Shown here: positions 49,178 through 60,997 of the stretch, one piece after another
Layout: each line of letters starts with the position of its first letter
Position numbering within the stretch: position 1 is the first letter of the stretch
DNA from: Vicugna vicugna
Taxonomy: Eukaryota
Direction: 5' to 3'
DNA length: 63,762 bases
NCBI GenBank assembly: GCA_013265495.1
Contig: PNXW01001427.1
Coordinates: 1-63,762, forward strand
Made by a program: the position numbers and the translations under genes
Notes under the pieces: generated by a model
Databases searched by the model: none
Told to the model about the DNA's origin: nothing
The model's input: the letters and a program-made list of their open reading frames with translations, nothing else

Positions 49178-51305
49178 TTTTTTTTTTAACTGACTATATT
49201 CCCCCGCATTGTATTATCAACTGAAAAAAATGTATAATGTAAGAGTTGTGAATTTTAAGTTTTATTTGGGGCAAAATAAGGACTGCAGCCTGGGAGACAG
49301 TGTCTCAGTTCTGTGGAACTGCTCCAAAGAGGTAGGGGGAAAAGTCGGTGTTACATATGATTTTACTGAAGGAGGGTTTGCACAGTCAAGCACACATTTT
49401 GGCAGAGACTTGCTGCTAGTCATGAGGAGCAGATGTCACCGTTAATGACTTTTGTGCTTTTCTAGTATGAGAAGATGAAAGAACTGGGGCTCATAAAATC
49501 TTCTCCTGAAAATATCTAACTATCTGAAGGCCTGTTCTAATGGTTTCTCCCAGAGCACAGAGTGTCTCATTCCTGATCCCTACCCTGAACTCCTTTCAGA
49601 GTGTATTCAAGGTCAGTGACTGCAGTGTAGAGACTTAATCCTTCCTTGTAGAGGCAGAGGGCAAGTGGCAGTTTTTAGTTGGCAGTACATTTCATATCCA
49701 TGACATTTATTTTGCAACTGAAAGGTTGCAAACCTTTTAATCTCCCTCACTTATTTCTCTCTGGCAACCACCTCCCCTTTGACAACAACCTGTTTTTTCT
49801 CTGTATCTATGATTCTTTTTCTGTTTAGTTCTGTTTGTTCATTTGTTTTTTGGATCCCAAATGTAAGTGAAATTATACTTATTTCGTTTAGCATAATACT
49901 GTAGGTCTACCCATGGTGTCATAAGTGCAAGATTTCATTTTTTATGGCTGAGAAATATTCCATTGTGTATATACATCACACCTTCTTTAGCCACTTAGAT
50001 CTATTGATGGGCACTAAGGTTGCTTCTATATCCTGGCTGTTATAAATAATGCTGCAATGAACGTAGGGGTGCATATAACTTATCCAATTAGTGCTTTCAT
50101 TTTATTCAGATAAATACTCAGGAATGGAATTGCTGAATCACATGGTAGCTCTATTTTTAATATTTTGAGCAATCTCCTCAAACACTATTTTCCATAGTGG
50201 CCGGCCAATTTACATTCCCACCAACAGTGCATGAGGGTTTCCTCTTCTCCACATCCTTAGCAATACTTGTTGTTTGTTGTCTTTTGACAGTAGCCATTAT
50301 GATAGGTGTGAAGTGATATTTCATTGTGATTTTGATTTGCATTTCCCTGATGATTAGTGCTGTTGAGCATCTTTTCATGTGCCAGCTGACCAACTGGATA
50401 TCTTTTTTGGGAAAATGTCTATTCAGGTCCTCTGCCATTTTTTAGTTGGGTTGATTTTTGATTTTGGTTTTTGATTTTGTTGTGTGGTTTATGAGTTCTT
50501 TGTATACTTTGAATATTGACCCCTTGTCAGATGTACCTTTTGCAACTATCTTCTCCCATTTAGTAGGTGGCCTTTTCATTTTGTTTATAGTTTCCTTCAC
50601 TGTGCAAAAGCTTTTTCAGTTTGATGTAGTCTCATTTGTTTGTTTTTGCTTTTGTTTCCCTAGCCTGAGGAGATATAGCCAAAAAATGTTGCTTAGACTG
50701 ATGTCAAATAGCATACTGCTTATGTTTTATTCTAGAATTTTTATGGTTTATGTCTTACAATTAATTATTTAACCCATCTTGTATTTATTTTTGTATGTGG
50801 TATAAAAAGTAGTCCATTTTGATTCTTTTACAATGTAGATGTTTAGTTTTCCCAATACCATTTATTGAAGATGCTGTCTTTTCCTTTTCTTTATTGTATA
50901 TTCTTGTCTCCTTTTTGTAGATTCATTGACCATATAAGTATGGTTCATTTCTGGGCTCTTTATTCTGTTTCATTGATCTATGTTCCTGTTTTTGTGACAG
51001 TACCATACTGTTTTGATGACTATAGCTTTGCAGTATAATTTGAAAGCAGGGAGTGTGATACCTTGTTTTGTTCTTCTTTCTTAAGATTGTTTTGGCTATT
51101 CAGGATCTTTTGTGTCTCCACTCAAATTTTAGAGTTGTATGCTCTAGCTCTGTGAAAAATTCCATTGGTATTTTGATAAGGGTTACATTGAGTCTATAGA
51201 TTGCCTTGGGTAGCATAAGCTATTTAACAATATTGATTATTACAATCCATAAGAACAATATATCTTTCCACTGGTCTGAATCATCTTCAATTTCTTTCAT
51301 CATCT
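49178..51305 (-). mobile_element. L1 3' portion interrupted by a solo LTR
   Basis: ORF 50178-50438(-) [15 protein letters not shown]...[17 protein letters not shown] matches the L1 ORF2 C-terminus; poly-T start at about 49178. Confidence 0.85.
49214..49685 (-). mobile_element. ERV1 solo LTR (MER41-like) nested in L1
   Basis: ttttatttggggcaaaataaggactgcagcctgggagacag ... tctgaaggcctgttct ... ttggca. The L1 text resumes on both sides (gta|gta). Confidence 0.7.
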
Positions 51306-51369
51306 CCTAGTCTTTTAATAATAATAATGATAAAAACTAAATTTTTATGCCAGGTTCTGTGTTAAACAT

Positions 51370-51744
51370 TGTTAAAAACAAGACAAGAGGCCCCAAATGG
51401 AGTCACTTATACTGAAGCCCACATCATGAAGCTGAAACTAATTATAGTATTGGCTTTCCCAGAAATGGAATTTTAAAACTGTCCATCAGGAACTGCTTCA
51501 TAAGCATCAGTTAGGTAATTTGTCTGATAGATCCATGCCATACCCTAAAGGAAGGTAATCTTGCCACAACAAATATACTGTTTTGGCCCTAGTATAACTT
51601 CCTTGTTCCTGCTCCTTTCTGCCTACAAAAAAACTCCTCAGATCTCCTATCTATCTGCTAGATTGCCTGCTGCCTGATTCATGAATTACTGAATAAAGCC
51701 ATAAGATATTTAAATTTTACTCAGTTCAATTTTATTTATTAACA
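51370..51744 (+). mobile_element. ERV1 solo LTR
   Basis: TG...CA ends (tgttaaa ... ttaaca), AATAAA at 51692, 4-bp TSD acat/gcat. Confidence 0.7.
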
Positions 51745-52872
51745 GCATTATTCATGGATTTTTTTCATTTAATCTTCACAACATTATAAGGTAAGTAGTA
51801 AAGTGACCTTCAATTTACAGATGAGGCAACAGAGCTTGGAAAGGAAGGTTAACATGTCTAAGATTACACAGCTGGGAAAGGATAGACTTTTGATCTGAAT
51901 CTGTCTCTCTACAAAGTCCATGTTCTTAATCAGTAGGCTTTTCTGATTTTTTAAATTATTTACACCTTTCCTATTTCCAGACATATACATTTTAAGTCAA
52001 GCTGTCCCTTTTCAAGAATCACCTTTCTCATTAACTTATTTCAGTTTTCATTAAATAGTGTGCCTCTATATTTGTAATAGAAACATATCTTCGTATTTTG
52101 TTCTTTCTTTAGTTTTTTTCCGCTTTCTGCACCTCTTATTTTGCTCCCCTTCACAACAAATCACAACAAACCAATTAGGCTTTTTCAAATAATGCAAATG
52201 CTTATGCTATAGCCAATCGAATAATCTCCTTGCTTTGCTTTCACCTTTTACCTATTAAAATCTTTCTCCAAGTCCTATTTGTGGAATGCTCCTAACCACT
52301 TCCAGTTCAGCACTGCCCAATTGGAATTGATTTTGCTCAAATAAACTCCTGAATTTTTAAAATTATGCATCAGTTTAGCTTTTAATAGTTTATTCGTGTG
52401 CACATGAGAGTGATGTAATTTGCCTTCTGAAATCACTGTATTAGAGATAATACATGTAAAGTGCCTCCTCCACAGTAAGCATTCATATGCTTACATATAG
52501 CTATTAATTTTTGTCTCTTATTGCATTAACTATGTATTGCTCTTTGCTTTTGTCTTGTCAAACGACAAAACTAAAACAACTGAAGAATAAGTTTGATGTT
52601 CAAGGAAGAGCAGTCTGTAGATTGGGGGAGTATAGTGCCTCACAAGAAGTGGAGCACACTTCCCAAGGGATTTGGGGCAAGAGTGAGTTTTATAGAGTGG
52701 TAGAAGAGGCAATGTGAAAACAAAGCATGATTGGCTAGGGGGTCAGGTATTTCCCTAGAATGTTAGAAAGTCCTATTTTCTAGGACCAAAGACTAGAGCT
52801 GAGTTTGAAAATTGTGATTGATGTATATTAGGTTTCCTTGATAGGTGTTTTCTGTAAGTGCAGGCTGACTTA

Positions 52873-52995
52873 ACAGTTGTTTTCTAGGGAGCAAAAGATT
52901 AGGTTTATTTATTTATTTAAGTGGAGGTACAGGGGATTGAATCCAGGACCTTGTGCATGCTAAGCATAACTACCATTGAGCTATACCCTCCTCAC
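52873..52995 (-). mobile_element. tRNA-derived SINE (Vic-1-like) inside the 3' LTR
   Basis: ggggattgaatccaggaccttgtgcatgctaagc ... gagctataccctcc; TSD-like aagtgcag.c.gact on both sides. Confidence 0.8.
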
Positions 52996-53299
52996 CAAGT
53001 GCAGACAGACTCAGGTTTAGATTTGTGATGTAGACTGAGACACTGAGGCAGCTGCCATTTTGTGGATCCCAATATACTAATTAACTGTATCAATTCCCCT
53101 CACTGTGATCAAACTTTTATTTGTGCAAAGAGTATTGACCAAAATGTGAGGTATTAGCACCCCTCTGAGCTACCACTTCTCATTGGTGTTGGAGTCAGTT
53201 TGGCTCTCTCCATAGGTTAGGATACTGAGGTCTCAGTCCCTTAACTGGCTGTTTTACTCATTGCATTTTTGACATGTTAGGTGAACGTTTGGTTGCCAG

Positions 53300-54640
53300 T
53301 GGCTACACAGGTGCATTTAAAGCTTTTGAGACAATGCAGCACACCAGGGAGATTATTAAAATGACTCTAAGCAGAAGAATTCCCAAAGCTTGGAGGACAT
53401 TCCAAAGCCACAGTCAACATGACCCAAAACAACTTAAATAGATCAAAGAAAGACCACACTGAAGGAGACACTTTCTTAAGCCAAGTGTCTTTCTGTGATC
53501 TTAAGTAGCTGAGTCTCAACTTCCTTAGAAGTGTGAATCCATGTACAGCCAAGTGGTGTTGGCTACAGCATAGACACCTTTTTGCTGTCTAAAAGATAAT
53601 CAAGGACTGTCTTATTACAAGAACAACTTTGGCCTGAAAGTCTAGGGATTATTGTCAGGCAGATATTGTTTTAATGGTAGGTTCTTGATATCTTCAAGAG
53701 TTAAGGAGAGGTTTCTGATGATAGCCTCATTTAGACTACCTCTTAATCAGAGGAGTACGGATCTGCCATAGGAAACAAATTTTGAATCATGAATGCCTCC
53801 TGGTAATTCTTTTTTTTTTTTAACATTTTTAATTGATTTATAATCATTTTACAATGTTGTGTCAAATTCCAGTGTAAAGCACAAATTTTCAGTTATACAT
53901 GAACATATATATATTCATTGTCACATTTTTTTCTCTGTGAGCTACCATAACCTCCTGGTAATTCTTAATTGATCTGTAATGTAAGTTGAAGAAGCAGCCC
54001 AATGTGAAGCCTTGGTTTGATTGCGGACAGTCAGAGACATAGTTAGCTTAGACTGTAGCTTCCCACCATTTCCCAATTATTTACACATTGAGCTTCCCAT
54101 GCATGAGGGAGCACTATCATCCACAGATAAACTGAAGAGGAACACAGGTGGTACCACCAAAAGAGGTATTTCCACAATCGAGGCCATTGGAAATGGAGGA
54201 CAGAGTGATCAGCCAAGGCTCAGAACTGGAAAGATTACAGCCCTGGAGGTCAGGTGATTTATGATTTAAGATTTAAGGGTCTGTGGACCACGCAGAGAAT
54301 ATTGTTCTGATTTCTTTTTCTATTAGTTTTTAACTGGAGGCAGAGAAATTGATTTGCAGGGTCAGGTTTAGGAGTCTGACATGATAGAGAGGAGGCTTCA
54401 CCTGGTCCAGAGAAACTGCGGCATTGGCAATCAGGGAGAAGTTTGAAATAGGCAGAACTACAGGATCACCAGCGTCATAGGCCAAGTGGGGTCTTTGGTG
54501 GCAAACCCAATAATCAAATGGGTTCTCCCTAGAAATACAGATGATAGCATTATCTTTACAAGTAACAGAAAGAGAAAGGAGAATGGTGAGGCAGGTACAA
54601 AGGGGAGAAGGTATTTCATGATGAGTGTGGAAGGGACCAA
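53300..54640 (-). pseudogene. Frameshifted gamma-type env remnant
   Basis: Fragments in shifting frames: signal-like MKYLLPFV, DYWVCHQ (degenerate CWxC), LPGGIHDSKF, EAIIRNLSLTL, AKVVL..LDYLL..GVYAVANTT..CTWIHTS (ISD/CX6CC region), TM-like WLWNVLQALGILLLRVILIISLVCCIV. Confidence 0.8.
53812..53950 (-). mobile_element. Young L1 3' end inserted in env, perfect 16-bp TSD
   Basis: TSD cctcctggtaattctt at 53796-53811 and 53951-53966. Confidence 0.88.
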
Positions 54641-54689
54641 GATTCCTGTTCCAGTGTCTTGGGTTGAGACAGTCTACTTCTTGATGCCA

Positions 54690-54827
54690 GCAGCTTCTCA
54701 TTCTATTAAGCTTGATGTTGAGATCTCCGGTGTTTATACAGGACCAGATGTCAGGTAGAGCCTTCAGTTGTGAAATATGCATGCAAGATTTGATAACTTG
54801 TAATTTGGCAGCAGTGTCAGTAGTCAA
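54690..54827 (-). pseudogene. Integrase C-terminal remnant
   Basis: TTDTAAKLQVIKSCMHISQLKALPDIWSCINTGDLNIKL resembles the ERV1 IN tail (LTT.TA.KL.G...WIH.S.LK). Confidence 0.7.
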
Positions 54828-54829
54828 GA

Positions 54830-54956
54830 TTTTTTTTTTTTTTTTTTTTTTAGGCGGGGGGAGAAATATTTGGTTTTTTTTTTTTTTTTAGGGATTGAAC
54901 CCAGTACCTCTTGCATGCTAAGCATGCACTCTACCACTTGAGCTATACCTCCCCCC
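54830..54956 (-). mobile_element. tRNA-derived SINE (Vic-1-like) with a 12-bp TSD
   Basis: TSD cagt(a/g)gtcaaga at 54818-54829 and 54957-54968; head GGGGGAGGTATAGCTCAAGTGGTAGAGTGCATGCTTAGCATGC. Confidence 0.85.
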
Positions 54957-56879
54957 CAGTGGTCAAGAATTCTTGATAGAGTCCTTTCCATGAGTCTTAC
55001 TTTTGCAAAAATATTAGAGTAAAACAATAACTGTCTGTTAATGACAAAAGACTTAAAAATGCCCATGAATAAAGATTTGATGACAGTTCATCTGATAAGG
55101 AAATGTAGTTATTTCTGTGGCATACAGTAAGTTAGCATAGTAATTGGACAATGAGAGTATTGACAAAATTCTAGAATCTTTAAACAATTTCTGGAATACC
55201 TATATTAGTAACATACATCCATTCATATATACCCTAAGAAAGTTTATTATCACTTCTTATTTGACAATGCTTCCCATGTAATTTAACATATTAAATAAAC
55301 CTAATTAGTTTAACATCTCTCCTTTAAAAAGTGAGAGACAAATTCCTTGAGAATTCCAGAGGCTTTCTGGGAAATCTCAGTGTTACTCCAAGGTCAAAAA
55401 TACTTCATTTAGAATTTGATTTTGGGAACTTGTAAAAATGGCGAGAAGATTGAACATTTGACTAAATAAGATCACAGACCTTTATGGAATAACAAATCTA
55501 TTAACTAAAGTGTAAGTTAAGTAATTAATCAACTTAATTAACTGTTAACTAAGGTGACAATAAAATATTTAAAAGGCAAATACAGAAGGTTACATAGTTG
55601 TGAACAAAACTTAGCTCTTTTAAGATTGACATTTGTGTAAACATTTGGGTTAATTTCTGTATTACTGAGAGTGTAGTTGATTTATATAAATGCTTAATTT
55701 TCTTGAAGCCAATAAAGTAGAGCTTTTTAGAAATCAATTTTGGCAGTACCATCTGAAGGTAGAAAAACCCCACACATTTATATGACATACATATGTAGAC
55801 ATACATAAACACATAGACAGATGCAACATATAGACAGGTGTTACAGCTTTCATTTTGAAATTTTAGCCATGACACAGCTATGATAATGCAAAACTCAGTA
55901 GTTTATAAAAGAACAGTTGGATCAGAATTGTATTCCTGATAGATGGAAAAAGTTAAGGTTATCTGCTCAGATGGCTTCATTTTTTCACTATTTGTAAAGA
56001 CTGAAAAAATTTTACGTAGTTTCCAAATAGCCTCCTCCCACTTTTTTTCTTTTTTTTTTCCTAATAAGAATGACCTCTCTGAAGTTTGAATTTTAAAGAA
56101 ACAGCACAGGGAAAGAATGCAAGTTCCTCCAAGAAGGACTTTTCTAAATCCAAAATTTTACCATACCTACAAGCTTTTTTTTTTTTTTTTTAATGGAGAG
56201 GTTTTGGAATTTGTAAAAAGGCTAGGTGGGCTTTGAATTGTTTCTAGAGCTGCATTTCTGATCTTATAAGACAAGGACAGTTGTTTTTAATTCCTCAAAG
56301 AATTGGATTGCAGCCTGAATGACCTCAAAATATTGACCTATTCATCCAACTACATTACCTTCAATTTGCTTCTATATATGAAAGAAGATCTTTATATGAA
56401 AGATCTTCAACTAAGATGCAAATCAAAAGAACTCTATGTTTAAAACTAATTTGTTTAATTTGTTTAAACTAATATGTTTAAACTAATTTGTAGCTATTTG
56501 TATTTGTAATATTTTTATTCCCCTCTGGATACATAGTTTTACTTAGATTAGGGGAGAAGGCCTTAAAAAAAGGTCTTATCAGGTGCTGAATATCATCTTC
56601 CAGTCTGGCCAACTTCTGATCATAAAGCTACTTTAAAAAAAAACAGAAAACAACTTTCAAGTATCTGGTCAGGTTTTAGCTGGGGAAAATAGTAAATATT
56701 TTTGGCAGCATTGAATAACCCCATGGACCCAAGAAGTTCTCCAAAGAGGGTACAAAATATACTATCCTCTCAAGATCCAGAGTCACTCACAAAGATAGCC
56801 ATGAGAAAGAAGTCTTAGTTCCCCTCAGAGCTGGCAACAGTTAGTAGAGCTCCAGAAGCCAATGTGATGCAACCTAGTT

Positions 56880-57428
56880 TTGTGTCAGTCTCAGCATATC
56901 AATAACCAGTGTTGTGGCTGGACCAGCTCTTGTGGTTCTTATTGTGACTGGAAGATGCTCTTCAGCAGTAACCAACAGGAAACTTTGAAAAAATAGAGGC
57001 TCATTACTCATAATACCTGAAAATTACACAGCAAATCTGGGGCCATATAGTGAAGTCACGGGGAGATACAGATCTCCCATGTGCACATGGGCCTGGGCTC
57101 CTGCTTTTGTTGGGGTTTAGGGTGGGTGCCTAGGGATTCATAGGCTCACTACTGGAGAATTAAAAAATAAATAAATAAAAGCAAGAATGTAAAGTATAGG
57201 AAGGAAAAAAAAAAAAAGTAGCCCAAACGGTCAGTTATTGAAATCAACCAAGATTTCTAAAGAAAAAGGAGACTCAGTGGGCGGAGGTGGCCTGGCTTTT
57301 TATCTACTTTGTGGTTGATAATGCATTTAGTCGATATAACCTTCTTTGAAATGGATGCCTCAGCAATCACAGCTTAAGTCAGGCATATGAGTTGCAAAAA
57401 AGAAAAAAAGCTGTCAGGGCTTACACTG
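56880..57428 (-). mobile_element. Probable unrelated solo LTR nested in the provirus
   Basis: Interrupts the ERV-internal text gatgcaacc ... aacccatatttctgtctg; has LTR-like gggctcctgcttttgttggggt. Confidence 0.4.
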
Positions 57429-58099
57429 CAAACCCATATTTCTGTCTGACCATAGTTTTGGGGGCCCCAACCTGATGATGGTTGCCAAGGCAAGTTCTCA
57501 ACACGATACGAGACAAACAGAAGAGAAGAGCTGTCCCTGGGAGAGAAGGATTGATAGCCAATAGGTGCCCCAAACCAAATTAAAAAAAAAAATCTGAATT
57601 TAGAAAAGAAAGGACAACATGAAATTTCATTTTCCTCTCTTGACCAGGCACTATAGAAATCCAGAAGAGCTGAGTCTGGTAAGAATTCTCTTCCCCAGCT
57701 TCTGCCAGTTTTTCCAGCATTCCTTCTGCAGGCTCTAGAGCAAGAGGGGTTTAAGTTAAAGTGTAGTTCTAGTATCTGTCAGAATTTGGCAAGATTTTCC
57801 ATTAATTTTAATTTTAGTTTCCCCTTGGCTGTTTAAGGGAATACTTGGTAGTAGTTTACCAGAATCCCTCAGAATCTCATCAGCCCTGAGAGGGGACTAT
57901 TCGGTGGCCCTCCTTTGAGGATAGATACGGAGTATCTGTAAGGCTTGGCAAGCTTTTGTTTACAGTTGTATAGTCTCTTCAGAGTGGAGAAACAATTCAG
58001 ATAGAGGATTAGCAGACTGTGAGCACTCAGGTAGAGGACAGAGGGGAGCAGTAGGAGTCACATCAGTCTTATAGTGTTTTGTTTTAGGTGCCTTTTGTG

Positions 58100-58375
58100 T
58101 CTTACTTTTTCATTACCTTTTTGTAATGCATCTTTCAGTTAAGCTTTCTGGGAATCTTGAAGCCTTTTGGAGGCATATCAGTTAAAATAGGTATCCCATT
58201 CTGTTTGATTTGGGGACTCTTACTTTCAAGTGCACTCTAAAGTGAATGATCTTGTCTACTTGGAAGATCCCCTGTAATGGCCTTTATAATTCTAGATTGT
58301 CTTGGTAAGATGTTTCCATTTTTGTAGCTATCTACAGCTTCTTGGACCACATTTCTCACATATAAAGTACTTAAT
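58100..58375 (-). pseudogene. gag matrix-region remnant
   Basis: Frameshifted pieces CGPRSC / KWKHLT / DNLEL / GIFQVDKIIHFR / EWDTYFN / ASKRLQDS resemble ERV1 gag N-termini. Confidence 0.6.
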
Positions 58376-59146
58376 TTAGCACAGGAGTCTGAGAATGAGG
58401 TGGTGAGAAGAACTCTAACAGCTTTTAAGTGCCTGGTCTGTGCCCACCAAGTTTGCTGCTTTGGCTCACAAGGTTTCCATTAATAGCAGATCTTTACTCC
58501 TTTCGTGAGAGTATTTCTTTATAGCAGCAGACATGCTAATGGATTTCAGTAGTTTGGCTTGTGCCTACTATGTGCTTTTAGCCAAAATAGTCCAAATTTA
58601 TTGTCTTAATTTAGTTTCCCAAGTCCCCCAGCAGTTTATGCTGTGGACTTACCTCAGGCTCTGTGAGTTTCCTAATGGCTGCCATCATGCTTTCTTTTGA
58701 TTGAGGGGTACCTCTTACTTTCCCTTGTTTAAATAAGCCTCCCTAGTTCAACCAGACTTACTGTTTCTGACTGCCTGAGCACAGTTCCTAAGACCTGTCA
58801 GTACCTCCTGAAGGTGCTTACACTGTAGATCAGATTGAGCACAAACTCAAAGCTCGTGGGCCACTAGGTCTCACCTTGAAATACCCGGAGTTTCTCATAT
58901 TTCAATTTTCCACACTATCGTAAATCTGGAGTCTCTCACACCTGAATTTTCCACCTAAAAAGATTAGAACAAAGAAACTGGAGCTCCAAATGGGGAATAG
59001 GTGGAGCTCGATCTAAGAGAAGTTTACCAGAGATAATGGAGAGCAGCCCGAGAGGCAGCAAACCAAAATGGCTCTGCAGGAACCTTCACCTACATCTAGG
59101 AGCCAATCCTGAAATCTTCGGTAGCTGTTTTCATATCATGACAATA

Positions 59147-59616
59147 CAGGCATACCTCTGAGAGACTGCAGGTTCAATTCCAGACCACTGCAATAAAGTG
59201 AATATTGCAATAAAATGAGTCACACAAACCTTTTGGTTTCCCAGTACATATAAAAGTTATATTTACACTATTCTATAGTCTATGAAGTGTGCAATAGCAT
59301 TATATTTATAAAGCAATGTACATGCCTTAATTAAAGAAGACTTCATTGCTAAAAATGCCAAAACAATTTCAGTGGTAACATCAAAGATCACTGATAACAG
59401 ATTATCATAAAAAGGGTAATAATAATGAAAAAATTTGAAATATTGTGAGAATTATCAAAATATAACACAGAGACACAAACTGAGCCAAATTCAGTTGCAA
59501 GAATGGCACTGATGGACTTACTTGACAAGGGGGCCACAAACCTTCAATTTGTTAAAAAAAAATACAGTATCTGCAAAGCACAAAAAAAGTGAATGCAGTG
59601 AAATGGGACATATCTG
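59147..59616 (-). mobile_element. Internally deleted Tigger1 derivative (~470 bp, Tigger1a-like)
   Basis: TA|caggcatacctc...gcaggttcaattccagaccactgcaataaag at one end and the reverse complement of the Tigger1 start (ccacaaaccttcaatttgt...cagtatctgc...) at the other. Confidence 0.85.
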
Positions 59617-60482
59617 ACCTGTCCAATGACAAAACTAAAACAATCTAATGACAAGTTTGATATCCTTTATTCAAGGGAAAACAACCCATGGACTGGGAGA
59701 GTAGTTTCTCACAAGCAGTGGAGAACTCTTCCCCAGGGATTTGGGCAAGAGAAAATTTATAGAGATTTAGCAAAGGCAATGTGGAAAGGGAGCGTGATTG
59801 GCTAGGAGGCTGGGAATTTCTTATAAAGCTAGCAGGTCCCAGGTTCTAGAGTAGGGTAAGATAGCTAAAGCTGAGCTGGAGAATTGTGATTGGTGGGTGT
59901 TAGGTTCTGGGACAGATGTTTCCTGTACGTTTCCTTTTACCAGGCTGACGTAAGTTTAGATTTGTGACGTGGGATGGGTCACTGGAGTGGCTCCCAGATT
60001 GTGGGTCCCATTATGTAAATTAACTTTATCAGTTTCTAATGATATGTTCAAAATGTTGATGTCAGCTCATTGGAGTTTTGTCACTGGTAAAGAAACTTTT
60101 TCACCTAAAAACCAGATGAGGGCTGGAGGTAGGTTGGGTGCGTGGATAGATAGAATGGGACTGGCAGTAAAAGCCTTGGCCAACGGGGTGGGACTGTTGA
60201 GGTTCCTGAAGACCACAGAGTGTGACAGCAGATTTTACAATGTCATTTCCTTGAATATTACAGCTTGCTTCCTGAGATTGCATTTGTGAGAGAGGCCCTA
60301 GCAAAGGGCCCCAAGTTAGATCTCAGAGCATCTCATGTTCTGGGGATGTTAAAGGTGAACAAATGGTGATGGGGATGATGATAGAAAGCAAAAAAGGGAA
60401 ATCAGCATTCGTTAGATACCTGTGATGCCCCAGATACTTTGCAAGCATACAAATTCTCTTTTAATTTTTAAAAGCCTGAGTC

Positions 60483-60690
60483 CAGTGGTTCTCAACCAGG
60501 GGCAATGTTGCCCCCAAAAGAACATTTGTCAATGTCTAGAGACATTTTTATTTTCACCACTGAGGGGTGCCCCTGGCATCTAGTGGGTAGAGGTCAGGGA
60601 TGCTGCTATTCATCCTACAATGTACAGTGTATAGGTCCTCACATATTTAGCTCAAAATGCCAATAGTACTGAGGCTGAGAAAGCCCGCTT
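60483..60690. mobile_element. MER20 DNA transposon
   Basis: cagtggttctcaaccaggggcaatgttgccccc ... ctggcatctagtgggtagaggtcagggatgctgcta ... gagaaagccc. Confidence 0.8.
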
Positions 60691-60997
60691 GAAGGGTAGG
60701 CATGATAATCTTCTTTTAAACAGATGAGGAACCTGTAGTTCTGAGAAGCAACCTGGCATTCAAAATTAGACTCATACAGCTCAGAAGCCCTGCTCTTTCA
60801 CCATGCCATAGTGGTGACAACAGTGATGGGAAAGGAGGTGGCAAAAGTAAAGAATCAGGGCACACATTTGTGCTCAAAAGATATTTATTGAAGAAATGAG
60901 TAAAAGAATGAATGGGAAAGGGGAATAAGAGGATGGGTGTGATCATTCTATTGACACCCTGTCACACTTCTTTGTCCTGGTTCCACAAATCCAAAAA

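Larger units (their letters stand above)
52556..60031 (-). mobile_element. Two-LTR ERV1-class (MER4-group-like) provirus, degenerate, with nested insertions
   Basis: Homologous LTRs at 52556-53092 and 59620-60031 (both tgtc.aa.gacaaaactaaaacaa ... taattaact.tatca); TSD gtct/gttt; polypurine tract (reverse complement agtgaggggaat, 53093-53104); gag, IN and env relics inside. Confidence 0.85.

Noticed and set aside
42263..50772. Many 60-120 aa hydrophobic ORFs
   Set aside because: Antisense translations of T-rich L1 or intergenic sequence.
53300..54827. Possible domesticated (syncytin-like) env, and the 165-aa ORF at 54330-54827
   Set aside because: env has multiple stops and frameshifts, lost cysteines and an L1 insertion. 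The ORF is a chance fusion of IN-tail and env fragments with no ATG start.
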